A DNA stretch of 64,000 bases from a virus, in IMG/VR virus record IMGVR_UViG_3300048014_000057, positions 64,001-128,000 of that record, one strand, 5' to 3'. Below are positions 8,735-16,992 of the stretch, piece after piece. Below the pieces are notes generated by a model. The model searched no databases, was not told where the DNA came from, and saw nothing but the letters and a program-made list of their open reading frames with translations. Within the stretch, counting starts at the first letter, position 1; every line of letters starts with the position of its first letter. The position numbers and the translations under genes were made by a program.

Positions 8735-9056
8735 ACAATGTTATTTTGGAGATTTTAATTCTTGGTCTGATATTATGACAGAGTTTTGTGTTAAACCAGA
8801 ATTAGAAGAACCAAAATTTGTTTTTGCATTCTATGATATTGATAGTTATGGAGGGCATGCTTCTGTAGTTTATTCATATGATGGTATAAATTTTTATATT
8901 ATAGAAGCATTCCATTGTTCTTGCTATGGTTTTGAAAATCAATGGGATGAAGATGGTGAATATACACTAAAAGAAATAATTAAAATGAAAAATATATTTT
9001 CAAAATATTCTGATGAATATGAAGATTGGTTAAAATTATTTCAATTACAAAATTAA
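8727..9056 (+). CDS. Hypothetical phage protein
   Basis: Y.G.A and HCSCYG.E motifs seen in many phage hypotheticals. Confidence 0.7.
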   Translation: MDKQCYFGDFNSWSDIMTEFCVKPELEEPKFVFAFYDIDSYGGHASVVYSYDGINFYIIEAFHCSCYGFENQWDEDGEYTLKEIIKMKNIFSKYSDEYEDWLKLFQLQN

Positions 9057-9066
9057 GAGAAATAAA

Positions 9067-9387
9067 ATGAAAAAATATTGTTATATTTGGGTAGATCAAA
9101 ATAATATAGAACCTATTCACCAATTAATTCAGGTTGCTCATGTTGCCATGGTTATTGGTGACGCCATGTGTTTTACTAATAATCCTTATAAAACTAATAT
9201 TATTGTTTGTGAATTACCTGATTATTGTCAGGATATTGAATTATTTGCAAATTTATTAGAAACGGATGGGTTTGAGGTTGAACATTTTTATGAATCTGAT
9301 ATGGATAGAATAATAGCTATTGGAATTCTTCCCGTAAAAGAAAATCAAAGACAAAAATTACAACATTATAAATTATTAAAATTATGA
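9067..9387 (+). CDS. Peptidyl-tRNA hydrolase 2 (Pth2)-like protein
   Basis: Y..V....., Q..Q.AH, F.E.D....AI...P and C-terminal KLL pattern of the PTH2 fold. Confidence 0.55.
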   Translation: MKKYCYIWVDQNNIEPIHQLIQVAHVAMVIGDAMCFTNNPYKTNIIVCELPDYCQDIELFANLLETDGFEVEHFYESDMDRIIAIGILPVKENQRQKLQHYKLLKL

Positions 9388-9394
9388 GGAAAAA

Positions 9395-9760
9395 ATGAAC
9401 TTTAATTCAGAACAAGAACTTTATGAATATATTGGTGAATTTTTAATTAAACAAGGTATTCAATCTAAATGTGCTAATCATTGTTTATATCGTGGTCCAA
9501 ATAATACAAAATGTGCAGTAGGTTGTGTTATTACAGATGAAGTATATAATATAGAATATGAAGGTTTAAGTATTTATGGTATTAAAAATTACAAAGAAGA
9601 AATTCCTCTATATATTATAGAATATGCATATTTTTTAGAAAAAATGCAAGAATTTCATGATAATGATGAAAATTGGAATGAAAATGGATTGATTATTGAA
9701 AAATTAATTAAATTTGGAAAAGAAAATAATTTAAATACAAGTAAATTTGAAAACCTATAA
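9395..9760 (+). CDS. Hypothetical phage protein, paralog 2 of 7236..7607
   Basis: Shared MNFNSEQELYEYIGEFLI, YRGPNNTKCAVGCVI and NWNENGLIIEKLIKFGKENNL. Confidence 0.75.
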   Translation: MNFNSEQELYEYIGEFLIKQGIQSKCANHCLYRGPNNTKCAVGCVITDEVYNIEYEGLSIYGIKNYKEEIPLYIIEYAYFLEKMQEFHDNDENWNENGLIIEKLIKFGKENNLNTSKFENL

Positions 9761-9772
9761 AAGGAAAATAAG

Positions 9773-9982
9773 ATGGAATCTAAAATTTTACATTATCCTA
9801 AAGACATTAAAATTAATTATCCTTATTTAGGTGTATTAAAAGGTGAAGAAGACATAATTATGTTAATTTATGGTCGTAATAAAGGAATTATTGTTCATGG
9901 AAAAGAAGTAGGAAAAAATTTTGATAATATAAATTTATTTTATTATGAATATTTTAATGGTGTTGTAGAATTGAGGAACTAA
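9773..9982 (+). CDS. Hypothetical protein
   Basis: SD AAGGA; lies within the operon. Confidence 0.6.
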   Translation: MESKILHYPKDIKINYPYLGVLKGEEDIIMLIYGRNKGIIVHGKEVGKNFDNINLFYYEYFNGVVELRN

Positions 9983-9985
9983 AAA

Positions 9986-10372
9986 ATGTTATGTCTTGGT
10001 GATTCAATTGCTACTTATCAGGGTCTTGGTGGGGTTCTACATTGTTCTGAAATTAGAGCTATAAAAGGTAAACCTTCTTCTTTTATTATAGAAGAAGCCA
10101 GGAAATCAGGAAATAATGAAATTTGTATTGTTTCTGCTGGTTCTAATGATCCCTTTAATATAGCTTTAGAAAAAAATTTAAAATCTATTAGATCAAATTT
10201 AAAATGTAAAATAATTGTTTGGGTACAGCCTGCAAATAATCGTGCCGGGAGTATTGTCAAAAAGGTGGCATTGGAATATGGTGACAAAACCGTGAAGGTT
10301 ATTCCCGGCAAAGATCATGTTCATCCTTTTAGTTATTCTGATCTTGCTAGGGATATTAAATCTAAACTCTGA
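9986..10372 (+). CDS. SGNH/GDSL hydrolase-like protein
   Basis: LGDSIA, SAGSND and DHVHP catalytic blocks. Confidence 0.72.
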   Translation: MLCLGDSIATYQGLGGVLHCSEIRAIKGKPSSFIIEEARKSGNNEICIVSAGSNDPFNIALEKNLKSIRSNLKCKIIVWVQPANNRAGSIVKKVALEYGDKTVKVIPGKDHVHPFSYSDLARDIKSKL

Positions 10373-10385
10373 AAAGGAATTTAAT

Positions 10386-10613
10386 ATGTTCAAAAGAAAC
10401 ATATCAATGAAATTTAGAGACATAAAAAAAGAAATTACAATAAAAGGATGGATAGAACAAAGAATTAGTGGTGGTCATGCTATTTTTTATCATCCATTTA
10501 GAAATGATAAAATTGTTATTCCTGTACATTGCGGGGATATAAATTCTATTATTGTAAGAAAAATTTTAGAACAATTAAATGGACGTTCAACTGTTAATGG
10601 AAAATTAATTTAA
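10386..10613 (+). CDS. HicA-family toxin-like protein
   Basis: GW...R.SGGHAIFYHP....IVIPVH.GDI....VRKILEQ; start at 10386 (SD AAGGA) or 10407. Confidence 0.78.
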   Translation: MFKRNISMKFRDIKKEITIKGWIEQRISGGHAIFYHPFRNDKIVIPVHCGDINSIIVRKILEQLNGRSTVNGKLI

Positions 10614-10783
10614 TGAAAATTTCAATTGTAAATATTAAAAATAATTATATTAGAAGAACTTTACTTATTTTATTAATGATTATTTTTATTCCTGTATATT
10701 TTTTATATTATTTCTCTTTTGCTTTACTTGAAACTTATGAAAGTATAAAAGACGATTTTAATTATGTATGGAAAGTAAAATAA
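10613..10783 (+). CDS. Small membrane protein
   Basis: Manually read 56-aa ORF with a hydrophobic core; fills the gap. Confidence 0.5.
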   Translation: MKISIVNIKNNYIRRTLLILLMIIFIPVYFLYYFSFALLETYESIKDDFNYVWKVK

Positions 10784-10784
10784 A

Positions 10785-11933
10785 ATGTTTCCTAAAATTG
10801 AAACCATATTTGATATTCTACCTCATATTGAAGGAAAAGATAATTTTACAGTTAATTATAAAGATGATTATATTGTTGTAAATTATATTCTTAATACTCC
10901 GGAATATTTTAATAATCCATGGGAAAAAGAATGCCGTGGATTAATTTTTGATAAAGATGGCAATATCATGTCACGCCCTTTTCAGAAATTCTTTAATATT
11001 GGTGAACGTGAAGAAACAAAAATTGAAAATATTGATTTTTCTAAACCACATTGGATTTTAGAAAAGGTAGATGGAAGTTTTATAAGGTCAATTATTACTG
11101 ATGGTAAATTAACTTGGGCTTCCAAAGCAGGAATTACTTTCCTTACACCTATGGTTGAAGAATTTGTAGAAAAAAATAAGCAATATTATACTTTTGCTGC
11201 TGTAATGATGAATCATGGTTTAACTCCTATTTTTGAATTTTGTTCTAGAAAAAATAAAATTGTTATTGATCATCCTTTTGATAGATTAGTCCTTTTAGGA
11301 ATAAGAGATAATATTACAGGTAAATATCATGATTATGAATTATTGCAAGATTTTTCTAGAATGTATAATATTGAACTTGTTAAACAATATTATCTTAATG
11401 ATCTTTCTCTAACAGAATTATTAGAATTAGCAAAAAAATTAACAAATCAAGAAGGATTTGTTATAAGATTTGAAGATGGAAATATGATTAAGTTAAAAAG
11501 TGAAGAATACTGTCTTCTTCATAAATCTAAAGAAGAACTTCATTTTGAAAAAAATGTAGTTTCTATTATTATTGAAGATAAAGCAGATGACTTTCGAGTT
11601 CTTCTATCAAAAGAAGATAGAGAAAAATTTGAAGAATTTGAATATAAATTTTGGAAAAATTTCGAAGAATATGTAATGGATATTTATAATTTACATTACA
11701 TATATAATATTTCTAAAATTTCCAGAAAAGATTTTGCTTTGTTATCTAAAGATTGGAAATATAAATATCATAGATCAATTTTATTTACATTTTTTGATAA
11801 AATTGATTTTTCTATTGTTGAAAGTAAAAAAGAATTATTAAATATTCTTAGAAAAAATCTTGGAACACAAACATCAATAGATAAAGTAAGAGAAATTTGG
11901 GAAGGTAAAGAAAAATTAAAATGGAATTATTAG
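10785..11933 (+). CDS. rnlA: RNA ligase 1 (T4 Rnl1-like)
   Basis: ECRGLIFD, KFFNIGE, EKVDGS (motif I), EGFVI, KLKSEEY. Confidence 0.9.
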   Translation: MFPKIETIFDILPHIEGKDNFTVNYKDDYIVVNYILNTPEYFNNPWEKECRGLIFDKDGNIMSRPFQKFFNIGEREETKIENIDFSKPHWILEKVDGSFIRSIITDGKLTWASKAGITFLTPMVEEFVEKNKQYYTFAAVMMNHGLTPIFEFCSRKNKIVIDHPFDRLVLLGIRDNITGKYHDYELLQDFSRMYNIELVKQYYLNDLSLTELLELAKKLTNQEGFVIRFEDGNMIKLKSEEYCLLHKSKEELHFEKNVVSIIIEDKADDFRVLLSKEDREKFEEFEYKFWKNFEEYVMDIYNLHYIYNISKISRKDFALLSKDWKYKYHRSILFTFFDKIDFSIVESKKELLNILRKNLGTQTSIDKVREIWEGKEKLKWNY

Positions 11934-11976
11934 AATAAATAGAAATATTTCTCTTTTAAAAATTATAAGGAAAAAA

Positions 11977-12432
11977 ATGACTAATTATACAAATACATTT
12001 AAACTTTTAATATTAAATATTTTTATAATTTCTTTACTTGTAGTTAATTATTTTTATGGATATATATCATCTTTTTTTACAGATGATATTACACATATTT
12101 CATATTTTCTTACATTTATTATGGGAATAAATGTTATTTTAGAAATTTACCAAACATATAGAAATGAAAAAAAATATTATGTTCTACAAAAATCAGAAAA
12201 TTTTATTACGAAATATCTCCAATATATTGTAGGACAACTTTTTTATATTGGGCTTTTAGGTACAGTCATTGGAATGGGTCATATGTTTAAATCCATTCAA
12301 AATATAAAAGATGTAGATCAAGTTCTTAAAATTGTTTCAGAAGGCGGACTTACATTATTTAATACAACTATTATTGCGTTATTTTCATATTTATGGACAA
12401 GATTTAATTCATTTATTGGAAATGGTGAGTAA
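11977..12432 (+). CDS. MotA/TolQ/ExbB proton-channel family membrane protein
   Basis: Several TM helices; IGLLGTVIGM and GGLTLFNTTIIAL. Confidence 0.78.
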   Translation: MTNYTNTFKLLILNIFIISLLVVNYFYGYISSFFTDDITHISYFLTFIMGINVILEIYQTYRNEKKYYVLQKSENFITKYLQYIVGQLFYIGLLGTVIGMGHMFKSIQNIKDVDQVLKIVSEGGLTLFNTTIIALFSYLWTRFNSFIGNGE

Positions 12433-13039
12433 TTTGAAAAAAATTAAAACAGATGAAATTCTTTTTGGTATAGCTTTTGCAGATGTTTTAATTTCTTTTT
12501 CTGCATTTTTATTCATGCTTTTTATTCTTTTTGCTATCCTTCCCCATAAAAAAATGGATACAGAAGCGGTTAATGATAATGATAAGTTAGGAAAAGTGTG
12601 TGCAGAATTAATATGGGATAATAACAGAGACGTAGATTTAGATTTATGGGGTCAATCTCCTGTTGATAAAAAACCCGTTGGTTATTCTAATATGCATGGA
12701 AATGGTTTAGATTTATATAAGGATGTTACTGGTTTTACTAATAATCTAGAACATTTAAATATGGAAGTTATGTGTGCCAATAAAACTTATCCAGGAGAAT
12801 GGACGTTTAATGTTTCTTATTTTTCTGATCATGGTAGATTAGACCCTAATAATAAACCCGATATCAATGCAACTTTATTTGTAAAGATTTTTAAAGAAGG
12901 TTCTTGGAAAGTTTTAAAATCACAACATTTATTTACCTATGAAAAAGAAGAAAAAACAATGTTTGATTTTTTTATTGGAGAGAATGGGCTTTTGGAAGAA
13001 AATTCTATTAATTCAGTAGATAAACCTCTTAGAAATTAA
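12422..13039 (+). CDS. Single-pass partner with a TM Asp (MotB/ExbD-like) and a periplasmic DVDLDLW beta domain
   Basis: FADVL then a hydrophobic helix; start overlaps the upstream gene. Confidence 0.6.
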   Translation: MVSNLKKIKTDEILFGIAFADVLISFSAFLFMLFILFAILPHKKMDTEAVNDNDKLGKVCAELIWDNNRDVDLDLWGQSPVDKKPVGYSNMHGNGLDLYKDVTGFTNNLEHLNMEVMCANKTYPGEWTFNVSYFSDHGRLDPNNKPDINATLFVKIFKEGSWKVLKSQHLFTYEKEEKTMFDFFIGENGLLEENSINSVDKPLRN

Positions 13040-13051
13040 AGAAAGAAAAGA

Positions 13052-13552
13052 ATGTTTTATTATCCTAATGTATCCTTTACTACTCTTCTTTTTGTGTTTT
13101 TAGGAGTTGCTTTTTTTTGTAGAAAAGAATTAAGATTATACATTTTATTAATTTGTATAGTATATACTTTTATTTTATATACATCCATAGCCGAATTATT
13201 AGGTAGGCCAAAACCAATTAATAATTATACTCCATTTTATTCTTTTCATTATACAAAAGATCAAAAAATACCACTTTTACATGCAGTAGTAAAAGATAAT
13301 ATTATATATCTATTATTACAAGAAGATACAATTAAATTATATTCAATTCCTTATAATCAAAATTTTGCAGATGAATTAAATAAAGCCTTGACAAAAACAA
13401 ATGGTAAATTTGATGGTTTATTTTTTGGAATGAGTGTATCTAGTATCGGTGGTGGTTCTCATGTTCTAATGGCGTCTCCACAAAAAGATTTATCTGTTCC
13501 TAAATTAGATACAAATACAGAAGGAAATATAACAGACTATGGAAATCATTAA
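13052..13552 (+). CDS. Membrane protein, third gene of the MotA-like cluster
   Basis: Two N-terminal TM helices, then ELLGRPKP. Confidence 0.6.
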   Translation: MFYYPNVSFTTLLFVFLGVAFFCRKELRLYILLICIVYTFILYTSIAELLGRPKPINNYTPFYSFHYTKDQKIPLLHAVVKDNIIYLLLQEDTIKLYSIPYNQNFADELNKALTKTNGKFDGLFFGMSVSSIGGGSHVLMASPQKDLSVPKLDTNTEGNITDYGNH

Positions 13553-13812
13553 TGTTTTTTAATAAGCATGTAAAATGTATAGATAATAAAAATAAACCTA
13601 TTTTAAAAATTAATTCAATTTATACAGTTATTTTATGTGTTTATATGGAAAATGTAGAATTTTATAAATTAAAAGAAATTAAAAATTTGCTTTTTGAATC
13701 TTGGAGATTTATGGAAGTGCCCAAACCAGGATATTCTATGTCTCCTTTTTTAGGAAAATCTGTGGATTGGAAAGCACAATATCATTCCGAAGAAATTAAA
13801 AAAATTGCCTAA
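13552..13812 (+). CDS. Hypothetical protein
   Basis: Coupled ORF; similar to the N-terminus of 6773. Confidence 0.55.
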   Translation: MFFNKHVKCIDNKNKPILKINSIYTVILCVYMENVEFYKLKEIKNLLFESWRFMEVPKPGYSMSPFLGKSVDWKAQYHSEEIKKIA

Positions 13813-13941
13813 TTTATCTTAGGGTTAATGTAAATAGGTATATTCCGAGGGGTACTTTTAGGTTGACTAAATAGGACTTTATGATATGATCTTTCTCACG
13901 AAAGGAGATTTACACTCTCTTCGTAGAAACCTAAAAAAAGG

Positions 13942-14409
13942 ATGCGTGCTATGTTTAAAATCCAAAATGATAGGAATGATAGTATCTCTGCACAAGTAGC
14001 AGAAATTATTTCTAAATTAAAAGTTGGACATACAAGACATGAAGCTTTCCAAGAAATTAATAAGGCCAAAATAACAGATAAAAATGGAAATTTGGTCATA
14101 CCTTCTGTGTGGTATCATGCGCTTTGCTACAACACGAATAAGGAAGGCATGACATATATGGATGAACATTATCCTCATTTCATTCCTACCGAAACGCCTT
14201 ATCCTAGGAATGGTGAGAAAAGAGTAAACAATAATTCTCATTTGGATAGTGTTCTTGTAGATTTTAGGAAAAAAATTCTAAAAGAAAGTTTAGAGTTTCA
14301 TAAAAAAATCCAAGAAGAATTGGATGAATTGATCATGATACATTCTCCAAAAAATAATGTAAAAAATAATGTAAAAAATAATGTAAAAAAGCAAAATACG
14401 GCTGCCTAA
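13942..14409 (+). CDS. Hypothetical protein with a C-terminal (KNNV)3 repeat
   Basis: Has its own TTGACT/TATGAT promoter and a downstream terminator; 12-bp tandem repeat at about 14349-14388. Confidence 0.65.
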   Translation: MRAMFKIQNDRNDSISAQVAEIISKLKVGHTRHEAFQEINKAKITDKNGNLVIPSVWYHALCYNTNKEGMTYMDEHYPHFIPTETPYPRNGEKRVNNNSHLDSVLVDFRKKILKESLEFHKKIQEELDELIMIHSPKNNVKNNVKNNVKKQNTAA

Positions 14410-14421
14410 AGAACTTAAGAT

Positions 14422-14452
14422 AAAGGGAACATATAAAAATGTTCCCTTTTTT
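14422..14452 (+). terminator. Rho-independent terminator
   Basis: aaagggaacat-ataaaa-atgttcccttt followed by a T run. Confidence 0.75.
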
Positions 14453-14495
14453 CCATCAAATTTTCTTGACATTCAACCTAAAGTTGATAATCTGA

Positions 14496-14765
14496 ATGTC
14501 AAGAGAAATAGAAAAATGGGGAAATAAAATGTATTTAGTAATGACAGAAGAATACCAATTTATTGATATTAATGAAAATTTTATTGATGCCTGTGACATT
14601 GCAATAAAATATAAAAATAGTTATAATTTACAATGTAATGTTTATAATATTTCAGAATGTTGGACTACTAAATTTTTAGAGGAAGAAAAAAATACTACTT
14701 CTAATTATAGTAATATAATTACGTTAAATTCTATAAAAAATGTAAAAGAAAGAAAAATAGCCTAG
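14496..14765 (+). CDS. Hypothetical protein
   Basis: ORF downstream of a TTGACA at 14466. Confidence 0.55.
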   Translation: MSREIEKWGNKMYLVMTEEYQFIDINENFIDACDIAIKYKNSYNLQCNVYNISECWTTKFLEEEKNTTSNYSNIITLNSIKNVKERKIA

Positions 14766-14799
14766 CAAATGAAAAGAACGTTCTAGAAATTTTTAACTT

Positions 14800-14831
14800 T
14801 TTATCCACATATATAAAAATATGTGGATAAA
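14800..14831. repeat. Perfect inverted repeat containing two DnaA-box consensus 9-mers
   Basis: TTATCCACA (14801-14809) and TGTGGATAA (14822-14830). Confidence 0.75.
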
Positions 14832-14852
14832 TCTAAAATAATAGGATAGAAA

Positions 14853-15206
14853 ATGAAAAAACGTATTTTGGTTTGTGGTGGAAGAGATTATAATCCTAAT
14901 AAAGTTTATAAATTCTTAGAGAATAAACTAGATCATCTTGCTATATCTGAAATTGTAATTATTCAAGGTGGTGCCTAAGGAGCAGATTTTGGTGCCAAGC
15001 AATTTGCCATTGATTATTCTATTGAAATGGAAGAATATAAAGCTAAATGGGATAAGTATGGTAAATCTGCTGGTCCTATAAGAAATAAAAAAATGTTGGA
15101 TGAAGGAAAACCTGATTTAGTTTTTGCATTTCCGGGCGGCCCTGGTACAAATAATATGATTAAACAAGCAAAAGAAAAAAACATTTTAATATACAATATT
15201 AAATAA
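14853..15206 (+). pseudogene. SLOG/DUF2493 (YspA-related) protein with an in-frame TAA at 14976-14978 (pseudogene or read-through)
   Basis: ILVCGGRDY...IIQGGA*GAD...AKWDKYGKSAGPIRNKKML...VFAFPGGPGTNNMI; one stop at codon 42 of 117; SD AGGA. Confidence 0.85.
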
Positions 15207-15212
15207 AAATTT

Positions 15213-15295
15213 GGCTTCGTAAACGAGGGGAGCTTCTAACTCCTTAGTCGTAACTGGATTTGAAAATGAAGGTTCGATTCCTTCCGAAGTCACCA
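15213..15295 (+). tRNA. D-armless tRNA-like RNA, anticodon TCT (Arg), long variable region
   Basis: Acceptor ggcttcg/cgaagtc plus ACCA, T-arm gaagg-ttcgatt-ccttc, arm gggag-ctTCTaa-ctcct; only about 8 nt where the D-arm should be. Confidence 0.7.
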
Positions 15296-15312
15296 AAATT
15301 TAAAGGAATTAT

Positions 15313-15537
15313 ATGATAAAAATTGAATTTGATATAGAAGGATTTAAGAAAAAAATAAATCATTTAATGGATAAAAATATTGACTTATTGGATGCAATCA
15401 TTACAATAGCCGATAGAGAAAATATAGAGTTAGAAACTTTAATTTTAGTCTTAAAAAAAGATCAAGAATTAAAAGGAAAATTAGAAAAAATAGGAAATAA
15501 TCTTAGAATGTTAAAAAATCCTGAAAAAAATAAATAA
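15313..15537 (+). CDS. gp33: Late promoter transcription co-activator
   Basis: DAI...A....IE.E......K...LK.KLE....NLRML; directly upstream of gp32. Confidence 0.75.
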   Translation: MIKIEFDIEGFKKKINHLMDKNIDLLDAIITIADRENIELETLILVLKKDQELKGKLEKIGNNLRMLKNPEKNK

Positions 15538-15599
15538 ATAACTTTATATACTCTTATACTCACATACTTAAACACTTAAAAAAATCAAAAAGGAAAAAA
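15538..15599 (+). promoter_or_regulatory. gp32 leader, probable translational autoregulatory operator
   Basis: Unstructured, G-poor leader with repeated ATACT/ACACT units, as in T4-like gene 32 leaders. Confidence 0.55.
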
Positions 15600-16535
15600 A
15601 TGGTAGACTTTAAAAAATTAAAAAATAATCGTTTAGATAATCTTAAGAAATTACAAGAAGAAACTCAAAAGTTAAATGAAACTGGTTATGAAACCGATCC
15701 CGATGATTGGTATCCTGGTGTTGATAAAGTTGGTAATGGATACGCTTTAATTAGGTTTCTTCCAAGAATTAATGATGAAGACCTAGAATATTCTAGGTGG
15801 TGGAGTCATAATTTTCAAGACCCAAATACTAAAAAATGGTATATTGAAAATTGTCGATTTACTTTAGATAAATCTTCTGATCCTGTTATGGAATTCAATA
15901 AAAAGTTATGGGATTCCGTGGAAGATTCACCTTCTGCCAAATTTCATCCTAATCGAATTCAGGCTACTCGACAATCGAGAAAAATTAACTATAGAGCTAA
16001 TATTTTTGTTGTGGAAGATGGTGTAAATCCAGAAAATAATGGAAAAACAAAAAAGTTTAAATTTGGTAAATGGGCCTTCGATAAAATTGAAGGATTAATG
16101 TTTCCAAAATTTGCGGGTAAAAAGGCAATTAATCCATTTGATCTTTGGGATGGGGCTAATTTTAGAATTGAAATTATTTCTGAAACCAAGGATGGAAAGA
16201 AACAAAGAAACTATTCTACCTCTGCATTTGAGAAACCAGAACCATTAGCATCCGATGATGAAATGGAAAAAATCTTTGAATCAATTCAAGGATGGTCGGT
16301 TAAATCTTATTTGTCACCTTCTAATTTTAAAGAATATGATGTTTTAAAGAAAAGATTAGATGAAGTTGTGGGATATGATACTTCTCTTTGGACTTCCAAG
16401 GGATTAAAAAAAGAGGAAGTAAATTTACCTAAAAATACTAAAAAAGTAGAAGAAAAGGAAGATGTTAGTGTGGAAAGTGATGATTTCTTTAAATCTATTA
16501 GAGAAAATTCCGAGGAAGATACTATTCCTTTTTGA
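15600..16535 (+). CDS. gp32: Single-stranded DNA-binding protein
   Basis: DKVGNGYALIRFLP, WYIENC, NPENNGK, INPFDLWDGANF, acidic tail. Confidence 0.96.
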   Translation: MVDFKKLKNNRLDNLKKLQEETQKLNETGYETDPDDWYPGVDKVGNGYALIRFLPRINDEDLEYSRWWSHNFQDPNTKKWYIENCRFTLDKSSDPVMEFNKKLWDSVEDSPSAKFHPNRIQATRQSRKINYRANIFVVEDGVNPENNGKTKKFKFGKWAFDKIEGLMFPKFAGKKAINPFDLWDGANFRIEIISETKDGKKQRNYSTSAFEKPEPLASDDEMEKIFESIQGWSVKSYLSPSNFKEYDVLKKRLDEVVGYDTSLWTSKGLKKEEVNLPKNTKKVEEKEDVSVESDDFFKSIRENSEEDTIPF

Positions 16536-16562
16536 TCTATAAAATATAAAATTTGTTATAAA

Positions 16563-16589
16563 AAAGAGGGCCTTAAGTGCCCTTTTTTT
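16563..16589 (+). terminator. Terminator, probably bidirectional
   Basis: agagggc...gcccttttttt between convergent genes. Confidence 0.7.
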
Positions 16590-16592
16590 ATT

Positions 16593-16937
16593 TTAACCTC
16601 TAGGTATTCCTCTTTTATAATTTTGTATATCTATATTTCCTGTCTGAGTTTGATTTTGTACAATTTGTTCTCCACAAGTTGAAAAATCAGGTTGATTTTT
16701 TATATTTTCTACTTCTGCTAATCCTTTTGTATAACTTCCTGCACCTAGGATTGCTCCAAAACTAATATGAAAAAATCCACCGGCCTCAAGAGTAAGAGGA
16801 TTCCATTGTTTATATGGAATATTAAAATAATGAGATAAAATTATATGTCCTATGGGAGCAATTATAAAATCAAATAAAGAAATTGCGACATAAGTTATCG
16901 CAATTAAAGGTCTCCAATTTTCTTTCCAATTTTCCAT
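16593..16937 (-). CDS. Holin-like membrane protein (3TM/GTA-holin-like)
   Basis: WRP.....Y....FDFIIAP and W.PLTL..GGFFH..FGAILG. Confidence 0.6.
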   Translation of the reverse strand: MENWKENWRPLIAITYVAISLFDFIIAPIGHIILSHYFNIPYKQWNPLTLEAGGFFHISFGAILGAGSYTKGLAEVENIKNQPDFSTCGEQIVQNQTQTGNIDIQNYKRGIPRG

Positions 16938-16992
16938 TTTTTCTTCTTTTTTAATAAATAATATAAATTATTTCTCATATTTATTGGAAAAA

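Noticed and set aside
11977-13552. Zorya defence system or flagellar stator
   Set aside because: The MotA-like protein lacks the long ZorA tail, the partner has no recognisable OmpA-like domain, and there are no zorC/D/E or flagellar genes. It is kept as an unassigned module.
15231-15241. Reading the tRNA-like loop as a CTA amber-suppressor anticodon
   Set aside because: The stem gggag/ctcct centres the 7-nt loop on TCT; CTA would be off register.
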